Below, in pieces: positions 25,903-38,773 of a stretch of DNA of 64,000 nt (position 1 is the first letter of the stretch; every line of letters begins with the position of its first letter). The notes under the pieces are model-generated. The model ran no database searches and was not told the DNA's origin. It worked only from the letters and a program-made list of their open reading frames with translations. The stretch covers positions 12,214,001 to 12,278,000 of the forward strand of contig OY740790.1 in NCBI GenBank assembly GCA_963514005.1, in the 5' to 3' direction. Source of the DNA: Raja brachyura. Its lineage: Eukaryota. A program made the translations under genes and the position numbers.

Positions 25903-26360
25903 TTTAAAATCTTCACGCATATGCAAAGGAAGGAGGCGGGGCACAAACCACCTTTTTATTTATTATGTCAGACCCTCAACTGTATTCAAAATGTGGATAG
26001 GTTCCCCTGTGAGACTAAGACCAAAAATGCATTACTTTGAACATTTCGTTACTGGTCGAACGCCGATTTTCCGGCACCCTTAATTCCAGAGACTTATTAT
26101 TGGTATTATTGGTTTTCCCGGATCAACGGAGACCGTAATAATGATACAACAATCCGCCTCTGACCTACTCGATATACCCTCCCGCCCCTCAAAACCGCAT
26201 GGACTGCTAGAAAATTAAATACAATGAATATATTAAATGCAAATTAATTGTACAGCAAAAACTTGCATTTCTTGGGCGCCAGTTAACGAGATGCCCGGGG
26301 AAATCCCGACCGCCTCCCCCGGCCCAGGCGACACAAATTCGTGGGCACATCCGAGGGTAT

Positions 26361-27253
26361 AGGGAGGTTTCATGGCAGTCGGGTCACGACCCATGACCCG
26401 TACTGTTGCCACGCTGCGCCAAGTGGAGTACACGCGATGAACTGCAGGTAATCACTGACCATTGTTTCCAGCGTAGCGGGCCCGTTAAAACCCGCCGAAA
26501 TGGTCAATTGTTGCGCTGTAAATAATTATGGAAATCGGGATAAGCATGAGAGACATTTAGCCTACTTCAGAATTCCAAAAGTGAGGAGAAATGACGGTAG
26601 ATAGAAGCGAGAGCAGAAGGGACAACAACAGCCAGAGTGCTTGGCGAACATTGGCCGTTTGCTCACTGCATTTCATCAACTAAGGCATTATTTGTGATTT
26701 TTCTTGATTCTTTTGGCATCGAAAAAGTTGCAGAAGTGGTAAATCTGGCTGCAAAATGTTAAAATCGCCCATGTTTCTCGTGGATTTTTACATACAAAAA
26801 AACGCCTCTGAAGCAAAATTTACAGCCAGATTTATCACTTCTGAGACTTTTTAGATACCAAATGAATCAAGAAAACCACAAATAATCCCTTACTGTTGAT
26901 GAAATGCAGTGAGCAAACGCGATCATTCACAATATTTTCAATTTCGATATCTGCGCGGGCAATGTTCGCCAAGCACTTTAGCTGCTGTTGTCCCTTCAGC
27001 TCTCGCTTATCTTTACCTTCATTTGGCTTCACTTTTGGAATTCTGAAGTTGGGTACATGTCTCTCACGCTTACCCCGACTTACACAATTTTTAACAGCGC
27101 AAAAAATCAACATTTTGGCGGTGTTTAACAGGTAGGAAAGTACGCGATTCTTGCATTAACAACATATACCGGAATCTGTGATGTCCTCCAGATGGATTGA
27201 GCGGCTCCGTGCGTCAGGCCCGATGACCCAGTGACCTTACGTGCAACCCCCCT
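26361..27253. mobile_element. Fold-back non-autonomous DNA transposon with two convergent THAP remnants (ISL2EU/PIF-Harbinger-like), copy 1
   Basis: AT dinucleotide on both sides; AGGG...CCCT termini; THAP C2CH ORF at 26835-27113 (-) (CAVKNC...RVCSLHF); decayed THAP from about 26500 (+). Confidence 0.7.
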
Positions 27254-28199
27254 ATTCCAAATGCGCTCTCATGATCTTGTCCGGATTAGAGGAGAGGGGG
27301 CCGACCAATTGCCAGAAATTCGGTGTTCGACCTGGAGTTTCTTTTTACTTACACTTTTCGCTTTTATAGGTTTTTTTTCGGAAGCGTTTGCTTTGCATGC
27401 CAACTGTGGCAGTTCCCTCAAGCCACGCTTTGAAATTCGAGCAAGATTTTTTACAGTGTAAATTATTTTTTTCTGGATTAAGTGGTGAAGAAGATGCTTT
27501 CATCCAGATCCACGAGCACCTTTCTGAAGGCTCACCCAAGATGCGCAGTCTTAGGGGCGGCGATCCGGGAATTAGGGAAAGGCGTCGCGTCGGGCGTTTT
27601 ATTTTCAGACTTCTTGCAACTAGGAATTAGTATTTTGTAGCAGCTGTTTATAAAAGAGAGGAAGATCTGAAGTGGGATAGAGACCAGAGAATAAACTATT
27701 CCATGCTCCAGGAATGTCATGGCCCTCGTGCTAACATGAGAGGGGAAGGAAGGGTTGGATAGGATGGCTCCTAGAAGAAAGGTTTTTCAAACCTCTGTCA
27801 CAAACGTGAAAGGAACACATTTCAGATCGCCCGACGCATACACACACTCCAAGATCAGCCGCTTACAGCCACATTTTTCCAAACGGATTCCTGTGTATAA
27901 ATTGCGCCAACATTTCGGATGCAAACTGTCGCGTTTTTGGCACGGAGTTGACCGCTGCCAATTGTGAATTTGAGGCAGGGGGGGCCTTACCTTTAGGATT
28001 TTGCTTCTGTTGCAATTGGGGTTCGGTTATTTTTAAATGTGTCATAGTCCACGGGCATTCACATAGCTGTCCAGGATATCATCTGACAGACAACACTGTT
28101 AAAAACTCATCTCACGAGAAATGTGAAAAGATCTCTCCCCTCACGCTAGCATCATTCTGCTCTAAAACGTTCGAATGGGCTGTCGGATGAAGGAGATGT

Positions 28200-28470
28200 T
28201 GGTGAATGCATATCGAAACTGGGTCGGCAGAAGTAGAGTTGCTGCCAGGGACCCGGGTCCGATCCTGACCACGGGTGTTGTCTGCACGGAGTTTGTACGC
28301 TCTCCCCGTGAACGGCGTGGGTTTTCTCCGGGAGCACCGGTTACCTCCCACACTCCAAAGGCGTACAAGTTTGTAGATTAACTTGCTTGGTATGATTTTC
28401 AATTATCTCTAGTGTGTTTTCGATAGGGTTAATGTGCGGGGAATCATTGGTCGACGTGGACTGAGGGTAT
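28200..28470 (+). mobile_element. HE1/V-SINE fragment
   Basis: gtagagttgctgcc..gacccgggt..cgatcctgacc..ctcccacactccaaag core. Confidence 0.7.
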
Positions 28471-29382
28471 ATCAATATAGTATAGTTGTATAGGCTACAC
28501 ACAGCAGCAGCAGCAGCAGCCGAGGCCGGGGGGTTGGAAACTGGAGCCGCGGCACCTCTGTGACACTTTGCCTTCCTCCGCTCCAGCCGTGCTTGGCTCC
28601 CTTCCAAGATGCTGCCTCTTCTCACGGCTCAGAACTCAATGTCTGTGCGCTTTTGGAGTGGCGTGGCGCTATTTTAGGATTAGTGGTGAGTGGATAAGTA
28701 CGTGACAATGAGTTGGCAGTAAACAGCACGTTTTGATTGTAAGATGACAGTTTAACACATTTTTTTCCCAGGTAATGCAGACATCAGCTCTGACATTTGA
28801 ACATTGTTCGAATCCAATAATAGCGTAAACCATCAATTATCTGATGAATATATTGGTTGTTAAAATGAAATTTTGAGTTTTAAGTTGTCCCTTATTGCCC
28901 TTGGTAAGACTCTCACAATCATGCTTGCATTGGTAAAACAGAGTAATCGCAAACGAAACATAATTGAGTGCAGCACAGGAGGTAAACCCTGTCTGTGCCG
29001 AACATGATGCCAAGTTAATATCTGCTGCCTGCACATGATCTATATTCCTCCATTCCTTGCATATCATTGTGCCTATCATAGAACCTTCTATATCCCACTA
29101 TCGTATCACCCCCCCCCCCCCCTGTTAAGTCTCCCCTCAGCCCCCGTGCTCCAGAAAAAAAAAACAGGCCCTGCAAACCATTGAGTCCTGACAACCATCA
29201 GACTCCAATTTATACCAATCTTATGTTTCTTCAGCCGCTCCATATTTCCACCAACCGTTTTTAGATTCTACCAATTCTTGGCAGCAGAGTAGTTTTATAT
29301 TATATTCCAATATCTCACTGACCTTGAAAAGGGGCAGGGAATCTTCCTCTAGATCACGGAGGAAAATATCGAGAAAACATCG

Positions 29383-29645
29383 TCGCGGTGGCGCGGTGGT
29401 AGAGTTGCTGCCTCACAGAGCCAGACCCGGGATCGATCCCGCCAACGGGTACTGTGTGGGGGGTGTTAATTCTCCCCGCGACCGCGTGGTTTTCCTCCCT
29501 CCTTCCAAAGGCCCACCGGTTTGTAGGTTAATTGGCTTCTGTAAATTGTGTAGGTGCTAGTGTTCGGGGTGATCGCTAGTGGGACTCGGCTGGTGGGACT
29601 CGGTTGGCCGAAGGGCTTGTTTCCACGCTGTGTCATCTAAACTGA
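29383..29645 (+). mobile_element. HE1/V-SINE, near full length
   Basis: tRNA-like head and CR1-like 3' end gggcttgtttccacgctg. Confidence 0.75.
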
Positions 29646-29904
29646 ATGACGGTTCAAGGGCAAATATGGTAGGATAAACACAGATTCAAAAGATGGACCT
29701 AGAGGCGGTTTAAATAGCAGACAGTAGAGACGTAGGAAAAGGACCAACTTGTTCTTTATTTGTTCATTTTTTCTTGTTTCTGCATTTAAAATATATTATA
29801 TCTCCAACATCCTGAAAATCAGATGATCAGTGGCAGCAAAGGTCAACCCTTTCTCTCTCCTTGTCTGCCCCGGTGAATGATTCTACCGGCATTATCTTTT
29901 CACC

Positions 29905-30295
29905 ATCTTTATGGATGGTCACCTTGTTGAGGATAGGAAACGGTATCCACTTTGGCAGCTTTGATGCTGACTCCTCGTCTCCTCGTCTCTTGAAGTCGGT
30001 AACTAGCTCCTTCACCTTGCTGACATTCAAGGAGAGGTTGTTGTCTTGACACCACTAAGCTCTCCATATCCTTCCAGTGCTCCCCCGTCATTGTTCGAGA
30101 TTGGGCCCACTATTGTGGTGTCGTCCAAACACCTGTAAATGGAATAAGAGCAGAATTTGGCTGCAAAGTTGTGAATATTTATGGAGCATAGTTTACGGGC
30201 TGATAAACCATCCTTACTGGTCACCGGTGTTGAGAATTATCATGGAGGATGAATGTGTTGCCTCTCCAGGATGAATGTGGTCTAGGGTCAGGAAG
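29905..30295 (-). mobile_element. Decayed Rex/Babar RT fragment
   Basis: DDTTIVG.ISN and LNVSK.KELV.DF motifs across frameshifts. Confidence 0.65.
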
Positions 30296-31883
30296 TGAAA
30301 CCATAGAGAAAGACATAAAAAAGGAAAGAATATTCATTTAATTAAATTGTAGCATTAATGCCACTAATCACAGCGGAACAGCATGGGGTTTTAATGGGAA
30401 ACTAGTAATGAAATTCAGAATGTTATGGAGAGTGCCCAGATGATGAACCTTGGTTTAAGTCATCCTCTCCCCTGTAGCGCTGTAGGGATGGCAGCAGATT
30501 TCTTTGGTACCCCATTATATTTCAAAGGCATTCTTACAAGGAACCAAGGTGTCTGGTGATATAAATGGTATATACTTGGATAATAGTCATAGAGGCAGTT
30601 CCATGTAGGTTCGATTGCCCCAGGCAGCTAGTGAAGTGCGTGCTCTTGAAGTGCAGTTTAGTCGTAAAGGAGGAAATGTGGAAGCCAATTTTTCCAAAGC
30701 AAGCTCCCCAAACCCCATTTGGTAAAGGCACGATACAAGCTTCTATTCATATAGATTGAAGAATACATATTGTCCAGGGGCGGGAGAGAACCTCCCTGTT
30801 TTTCTTTTTATGGGGACACGAGTTCCTTTGCAACCAGCTGAACATGGAAACATAGAAAACAAGTGCAGGAGTAGGCCATTCGGCCCTTCGAGCCAGCACT
30901 GCCATTCAATATGATCATGGCTGATCATCCAAAATCAGTACCCCGCAGTATACATTTGAATAATAAATCAGCAGGCAGATGTTATCTTGAACAGCATAAC
31001 TCTAGGCCAACCTGGGGTAAATCTGTTGATTCTGGGTTTGTACATATTTTTTCTCATTGACTGATTGGGTTTGGTTCTGGTATATCGGTATCCGTTTATC
31101 ATTAGTTTTTCATAAAGAAGTGAAATAACATTGTTATGTGCGATTAAAGTTGCCAGGGCTAAACGGGACTTACTTCCAAGTGGTGGTATCAGCCTTCATG
31201 TGGACAGCAGCCTCGATGGCCGGTTATTTTCTGGGACCATGGCTGGAATGATTTCAGCCAATTGTCAAACTTTGGTTGGGAACATCGAGCTATGCTGTTT
31301 TATTCACTTAATATTAAAATGCTGCTTCATAAATGACCGCTTCATTTAAAACTGCTGCCCTCAAGCGTGTTGGAGAGAGGAAGCTGTTGCTTATTCTTTA
31401 AAAAAAAAACAGTGAAATGAAAATGTGGAATTTTCCACTTTCAAAATCCACTCCACTTTCAAAATCTATGTAGCATAGTTTGGGGGAAATTAAAGTATGT
31501 GTTGTACTTCAGTGATCTTGCCCGATTTTTGCAATGAATGCAGAAATGTTTGTAAACACATATGTCAGTACAATAGTGAAAGGATATTAATGGATTATTA
31601 AACATCTCATACTGAACAGTGAGGCGCTCGATGCGCTTGAACTGTCTGTACCGTAGAGTAGCAATCTGTGTGTCTGAGGCCAGGGAAGGGGTGTGTGATC
31701 ATGACAATCGTAAGACCTTGCTACTTATAACTTTCTACGTAATTTTAAACCTTTATAAAAGATTATCTGGATATTTTAGGTCACTCACACAGGGAAGACC
31801 CCAACCTTTTGTAAACCTTTTAATACCTTGAGATTTTACAAGAATATGTCATGTAGTAAACAGACTGCAAATACTCTTGTACT

Positions 31884-32140
31884 TTAGTTTACAGATAGTC
31901 CGCGCCGACCAGCGATCCCCGCACATTAACACTACCCCACGCACACTCGGGACAATTTACACTCATACCAAATCAATTCATTATTCAACCCTGCACGTCT
32001 TTGAAGTGTGGTGGGAAAGAAATGATCTCGGCAAAAACCCACGCGGTCACAGGGAGATCAGACAAACTCCGTACTGTCAGCACGCGTAGTCGGCATCGAA
32101 AGTGCTGTAAGGCAGCTCTACCGCTGCACCACAGTGGCGC
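31884..32140 (-). mobile_element. HE1/V-SINE
   Basis: Reverse complement of the same SINE family. Confidence 0.7.
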
Positions 32141-34156
32141 CCCTGTCCACCATGTGATTCCACCTCGAGTCCTTGAAAGAGGTCTATGATGACTGAAGCT
32201 CATATTTGGAAATCCAAATAGTTGGTGACATTGATTTGAGTATTTGGTTTTAAATGAGCTGAACATATTCTGGCTGAAAGTAATAATAATTCAAGACTGA
32301 CTTGAATCAACACCACCAACTCAAGCTGACATATTATCATATCGCCATTATGGGACTTGCATGTAAACTGCATGCGCTGTTTTCTCTATGGCAACAGTGT
32401 GTTCACTGCAGAAATCTTTAATTAGCTGGAAAGCTCTCTGGGATATCCTGAGGTCAGGAGGAGAGGTTTCAGACCACTCATTTTCTTCCTACTGCGGGAA
32501 TTGATATTGCCTCGAGATCAAGGTGTTTATTGTTGTCCAGCAATGCTTCTGCAGATTTATTTGGGGATATCCGGCAAATGTTCACATATGGCATTTGAAA
32601 TGCAAGTGAGCCAAGGTAGGGGACTACGTTAAAATACACCTCCATGGGGCAGGAGTAGAGGAGGCTGGCACATTGTCCTCAAACACTGCCACAAAACAGC
32701 GCAGGAAGGAACTGCAGATTTGGACGGACATTTCGGGTCGGGACCTTTCTTCAGACTGAAGCAGTTTGTCTTTCCTCCAGCAGTTTGCTTTTTGCTTACG
32801 ATTCCAGCATCCGCAGTCTCTTGTGTACCTGAAATATTAACCTTGTTTTTGACTGCACTGCTGTTACCCGATTTGACTATTTCCTGCAATTTATTTTTCC
32901 ATTAAATAATTATTAATTCCTTTTGAAATCGACCATGACCATGAATAATTATCCCAATCACTAGATGTTTTACTTGTGTAATCTTTCACTGACTGGTCCC
33001 AGATAGTCACTGACATTTGGACGCGCAATGAAAGTAATGAATGGTTTAGAAGCTAGTTGAAGCCAGTTGCCTGAATCTGGGTCATCCCTCCGATCTTAGT
33101 CCCCGCAGCCGTAGGTTCTGGATAACCGAGCCAGGCCGACTGCAGACGTTGGTTATACACCGAAGATAGACACAAAATGCTGGAGTAACTCAGCGAGACA
33201 GGCAGCATCTCTGGAGACTGTGGAGAGGGAGTCCAGAGATATGGAAGGGTAGGGTGTGAAAACCATAGATCAAAGCCGGCGTTGATGAAGGAAATGGTTC
33301 ATGGTTGGCTGACGGGAAGGTGACAGGGCGGCAGACAATCAGTGAAATTAATCAGGACAGTGAAACTAGTAAGAACGGCTTCAAAACGTCCAGGTTGCAA
33401 AGATCATGTTTCAGCAACTACAGATTGAGACAGCGGGTCAATTGATCCATTGGCAAACAAATAGGAAAGTTCTTGGACAGAAGTGTGAAGGGAGGAGACG
33501 AGATGGAGGGTCCCCCCGGCTGCCTCTCTGGCGCTGCTGAGAACTCTTCGCGTTTGTTAGTCCCGCTTCAGTCTTATTTGGGGAACAACACACCAATCTG
33601 TCACAAAATGACAGGACACATCTCCCACGGGAGATGGATTAGACTGCACACGTTTGAAATCCCTGTTTACTGCCGTAAACTGTCAGCCGTGTTCACCCGG
33701 GGTCACGGGGTACTTCTGACAAGGAAACAAGCGAGTGCACGTATGCAGATTGCTCGGAAAAGCACAACTGGAAGTTGAGGAGTCGCCGCGTCTAATTCCT
33801 GAAACACCCTGACCCGTGGAGAGTTGCAGCAGTTCCATCCACTGGGTCGCAATCACCTTCTCAAAACAATGACCTTGGAAGCCAGTACACGCTGTCTGTA
33901 ACAAAAAGGTGGATAAGCAGAAGGGAGATTTAGGACGAGTGGTCATAGCCTCAGAATTAAGGGACTTCCTTTAAGGAGATGAGGAGGAATTTGTTTAGTC
34001 AGAGGGTGGTGAATCTGTGGAATTCTTTGCCACAGGAGGCTGTGGAGGCCAAGTCAATGGATGCCCTCTAGCCCTGGCCACATCCTGGTAAATCTTCTCT
34101 GAACCCTTGCCAGCTTGACCACGTCTTTCCAATAACAGTGATAGTAAAATTACAAT

Positions 34157-35061
34157 AGGGGGGGGCTTGCACGTAAGGTCACTGGGTCATCGGGCTTGAC
34201 GCACGGAGTCGCTCAATCCATCTGCAGGACATCACTGATTCCGGTATATGTTGTTAATACACGAAACGCGTACTTTCCTACCTGTTAAACACCGCCAAAA
34301 TGTTGATTTTTTGCGCTGTAAAAAAATGTGTAAATCGGGGTAAGCGTGAGAGACATGTACCCAACTTCACAATCCCAAACGTGAAGCGAAATGAAGGTAA
34401 AGAGAAGCGAGAGCTGAAGGGACAACAACAGCTAAAGTGCTTGGCGAACATTGCCCGCGCAGATATCGAAATTGAAAATATTGGGAATGATCGCGTTTGC
34501 TCACTGCATTTCATCAACAGTAAGGGATTATTTGTGTTTTTTTCTTGATTCCTTTGGTATCTAAAAAGTCTCAGAAGTGATAAATCTGGCTGTAAATTTT
34601 GCTTCAGAGCCGTTTTCCTTTTGTATGTAAAAAAACCACTTGAGAACCATGGGCGATTTAAAATTGTTACACCCAGATTTACCACTTCTGAACCTTTTTC
34701 GATGCCAAAGGAATCAAGAAAAAACACAAATAATGCCTTTCTGTTGATGAAATGCAGTGAGCAAACGGCCAATGTTCGCCAAGCACTCTGGCTGTTGTTG
34801 TCCCTTCTGCTCTCGCTTCTATCTACCGTCATTTCTCTTCACTTTTGGAATTCTGATGTAGGCTAAATGTCTCTCATGCTTATCCCGATTTCCATAATTA
34901 TTTACAGCGCAACAATTGACCATTTCGGCGGGTTTTAACGGGCCCGCTACGCTGGAAACAATGGGCAGTGATTACCTGCAGTTCATCGCGTGTACTCCAC
35001 TTGGCGCAGCGTGGCAACAGTACGGTCATGGGTCGTGACCCGACTGCCATGAAACCTCCTT
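34157..35061. mobile_element. Fold-back THAP element, copy 2, inverted relative to copy 1
   Basis: AT at 34155-34156 and 35062-35063; THAP ORF at 34300-34548 (+); highly similar to the reverse complement of 26361-27253. Confidence 0.72.
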
Positions 35062-35079
35062 ATAGTGAAACCCACGCAC

Positions 35080-35346
35080 CTTGAACATGGAATTCCACCC
35101 CCTTGGTGATTGTCCCCAGTTTATTGCTGGCTTCACAACGGTACATTCCCGTGTCCCCGAACAGGGCCGGTGACAGGTGCAGAATCGCTCGGTCCTCGGC
35201 CACGACTGACCAGTTGCCGGCGGATAACTTGCTCCACACAATCCTGGCAGCGGGGCTGCTGTCTGCAGCACAGGTTAGCCGAACATCCTGACCCTCTCTT
35301 ACTGTGGCAGAGGGCTCCGCAGTAATGTCAATCCCTGTGGGAGCAT
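35080..35346 (-). CDS. VCAM1-like Ig-domain exon (YAPTGIDITAEPSATVREGQDVRLTC...W...DTGMYRCEASN...VQG)
   Basis: tctacag acceptor and g|gtgcgt donor; 267 nt, phase 1-1; canonical C-W-DxGxYxC Ig motif resembling VCAM1 domains 3/6/7. Confidence 0.82.
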
Positions 35347-35464
35347 CTGTAGAAGGAGATGGGATCATTCAGTACATTAAAGGCGGGCGACTTAAACCAT
35401 TGTCCAGACAACGTCTATAACAGCGACTCCTTTCTCAATGTTATATCACTGTATCCATACTTAC

Positions 35465-35767
35465 AGTGAACCTGTAACGTTAGAGTCCCCTCGGCCTTGC
35501 GTGGTTGGTTCTCCGTGAGTAATTGCACTCGGCATGTCAGCTCTTGTCCCGAGTCTCGCAATTCGGGCGTCAGTTCGTAGGTGAAGTTCATCGCCGTTTC
35601 TTCCTCTGTGTAGTCGTAGAAGCTGTCGGTCTTCAGCACCGTTGTCCCTTTCAGCCACTCCACCTCCACATGAGCGGGGTAGACTTTGGGGACCATACAT
35701 CTCACAGAGCCTCTCTGGCCAACTTCCAGACTGCCCACTGTCTCCACGATGAGTGTGTCGGACAGAG
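35465..35767 (-). CDS. VCAM1-like C2-set Ig exon (LEVGQRGSVRCMVPKVYP.HVEVEWLKG...DSGQELTCRVQL)
   Basis: ttgcag acceptor and t|gtaagt donor; 303 nt, phase 1-1; resembles VCAM1 domain 2/5; next to GPR88 as VCAM1 is in human. Confidence 0.82.
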
Positions 35768-35840
35768 CTGCAACGACACATGGATTCAGGAATCAAATAG
35801 GGGTTCAGGGTGGAATGTACAGCGCCCAAGGTGCTCATCG

Positions 35841-36645
35841 ATTTAGTCAGAGGGTGGTGAATCTGCGGAATTCATTGCCACAGACGGCTGTGGAGGCCAA
35901 AGCAATGGATATATTTAAGGCAGATTCTTGATCAGTACGGGTGTCAGAGGTTATGGGGAGAAGGCAGGAGAATGGGGTTAGGAGGGAGAGATGGATCAGC
36001 CATGATTGAATGGCGGAATAGACTCGATGGGCCGAATGGCGTAATTCTGCTCCTATCAGAATTCTGCTCCTATCAGCAAAAGGATTTGAGTATAGGAGCA
36101 GGGAGGTTCTACTGTAGTTGTACAGGGTTTTGGTGAGACCACACCTGGAGTATTGCATACAGTTTTGGTCTCCAAATCTGAGGAAAGACATTCTTGCCAT
36201 AGTTCACCAGAAGGTTCACCAGACTGATTCCTGGGATGTCAGGACTTTCATATGAGGAAAGACTGGATCGACTTGGCTTGTACTCGCTAGAATTTAGAAG
36301 ACTGAGGGGGGATCTTATAGAAATTTACAAAATTCTTAAGGGGTTGGACAGGCTGGATGCAGGAAGATTTTTCCCGATGTTGGGGAGATCCAGAACAAGG
36401 GGTCACAGTCTAAGGATAAGGGGGAATTCTCTGCCACAGAAGGTAGTTGAAGCCAGTTCATTGGCTATATTTAAGAGGGAGTTAGATGTGGCCCTTGTGG
36501 CTAAAGGGATCAGGGGGTATGGAGAGAAGGCAGGTACAGGATACTGAGTTGGATGATCAGCCATGATCATATTGAATGGCGGTGCAGGCTCGAAGGGCCA
36601 AATGGCCTACTCCTGCACCTATTTTCTATGTTTCTATGTTTCTAT
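35841..36645 (+). mobile_element. Two tandem CR1 LINE 3' fragments; the younger spans 36076-36645 with a (TTTCTATG)n tail
   Basis: [38 protein letters not shown]. Confidence 0.88.
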
Positions 36646-37474
36646 CACTTATGGCCTTATTTCGCACCTGGGCGGGATCAAGTGTAGAGACCGGTGTAAT
36701 TTGCTGATGTGTCACTCTTAGAGATAAGGTAAAGCTGGTCAGTTGACCCAATCTGCATCCAGCGGTCATGGCCAGCCTTCGATCTCATTCTTTCAATGAA
36801 TGAGTCAGGTTGCATCCGTAAATGTGCCAGCCTTGGCCATTATCCTCTAACAGGAACATGTTTCCCCTGTGCTCTTGCTAACTCACTTTTGAAAGCCTCC
36901 ACTTGCCGTATGTCCCTTTACCTGCAAAGAGTTCGACCTCATCGACCGCTGCAAATCCCAATTACACCTCCAAAATTGTCCTTGCCCCACTCTCGACTGC
37001 TCGCCGAGAGAGGGTTGGCAAGGTGTGTGGGTTGGCAGTATATTCATTCAAACTCGGCAACCCGCGGAGAAGCCATGTGTCCAATGCAAAATATCAAGCT
37101 TGCTTCAAAGCGATGAGGAAACGTTTGCAGCAAATCTAGATATTTTCACATCAAATAGAACTAAGCTGGGTGCCGTTCGTATTTAAATATCTTTTGGTTT
37201 GATTCTAACGTGCAAAACGAAGTCGAAAATACTCCGCCACTAAGACTAGTTGGCAAAGTACGACTTTCCCCTGCTCTCTGGGTCACGCAACCATTGAACT
37301 TCATTTTGGACAGATTTTGATCTTCGGATTGTAGAAAATGCGAGCGGTCTCGTGGGAACGGTCCACTTTCCATGGCTGAAATAAACAAAAGCGCCCCGAA
37401 ATCCCCAAACTGGAGCGCCACGTTAGACACGCCAGAGACAGCCAGGTACTTTCACACTGGAAGTGCCTGAGAAT

Positions 37475-37549
37475 GGAAAATCCCGGGATTGTGAAAGGGA
37501 TCAGATAACTCGTGACAAAAGTGTTGAAAGGGGAAATGAAAACGAAAGT
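37475..37549. promoter_or_regulatory. Putative NF-kB + GATA + IRF motif cluster
   Basis: GGGATTTTCC on minus strand (37475-37484), AGATAA (37503-37508), GAAAACGAAAGT (37538-37549). Confidence 0.35.
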
Positions 37550-38773
37550 ATTGTATGTATGGGGAGGGTTCCAACCTAAAACGTCCCCTATCCATGTTCT
37601 CCAGAGATGCTGCTCGAGTTACTCCAGCGCTTTATGTCTTCTCGCCAAACTGAAACCGCTTCCCAATCTCACGCAATAGGTTTAGACAATAGACAATAGG
37701 TGCCATTTGGCCCTTCGAGCCAGCACCGCCATTAACACTCCAGCTTCCACTCAGCCCATTATAGAAGATAGCCGCTTTCGTGAATATGTAAGAAGGAACG
37801 GCAGATGCTGGTTTACACTGAAGACAGGGACAAAATGCTGGAGTAACTCAGAGAGACAGCCAGCATCTCTGGAGAGAAGAAATTAGTCACTTTTCAGACC
37901 GAAGAAGTCTGAAGAAGGGTCTCGATCCTGAACGTCACCCATTCCTTCTCTCCAGCGATGCTGCCTGTCCCGCCGAGTTACTCCAGCATTTTGTGCCTGC
38001 TTTCGTGAATATGGTGGATTGCTATTTTTCGGACTCTTCGCTTTCCTGCCGTCTTTGCCACCCATTCCCTCGTCAACCCAACTCCCCCGACCCCCTGAAC
38101 ACCTTTACATCGGCTTTGGCAACTCCTTATCGTTATCTCCCGAGTTCCCTAACATTACATCCAAAAGCCAATTTCCTTGCAGCCGCACCCTGCATAGTTT
38201 CTGCCTTATCAGACGATTAGGTACAACATCTGGAAAGTAACATCTCTCTTTAATCACACACACACACATTTCAACTCCCAGCCAATCAGAAATATTTTTT
38301 TATGTCAGATTTCCAGATTTATATATTTTTTAAATTTCCAAATATCTTCTTTAGCTCAAATGTCATTCCATGTTGGAAGATCTGGGACATTTAAAAAGAT
38401 GATTTAAAGCATTAAATAAAGATAGATTGTTGCTGGCACAGTCTAAAGTGATTGATTGAAGCATGTTTAGTCTCATTTACAAATATAAATAAGTTCACAG
38501 ATTGTGGAGGAGGCGACGTCACATTTTTGTTTCTTGGTAAAAGCTCGCCAAGTGTCCCACCATAGCATACGAGCGAGTTTATTTGCTCAATTCGTTTCTT
38601 GGTAAAATTGCTCTGAATTGTTTCAGAGTATAAGAATGCTCATTCAGAGCATTCTGGCTTCCTTTATTCAGAAAAGTCAAGGGACAGTCTGGGACAGGTT
38701 TCCTTCTATTTAAGTTTACAGCAAAACCATATGAAGCAAATTTGGATTCCTTAATTGTTTCACACAAAGGGAG

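Noticed and set aside
28467-28620. Leu-rich minus-strand frame (PRLLLLLLCVAYTTILY*) as the VCAM TM/GPI exon
   Set aside because: The Leu run comes from a (CAG)n microsatellite abutting a SINE, and there is no polypyrimidine acceptor
37161-37373. GCCATGG-initiated minus-strand ORF as the VCAM first exon
   Set aside because: No signal peptide and no convincing in-frame donor
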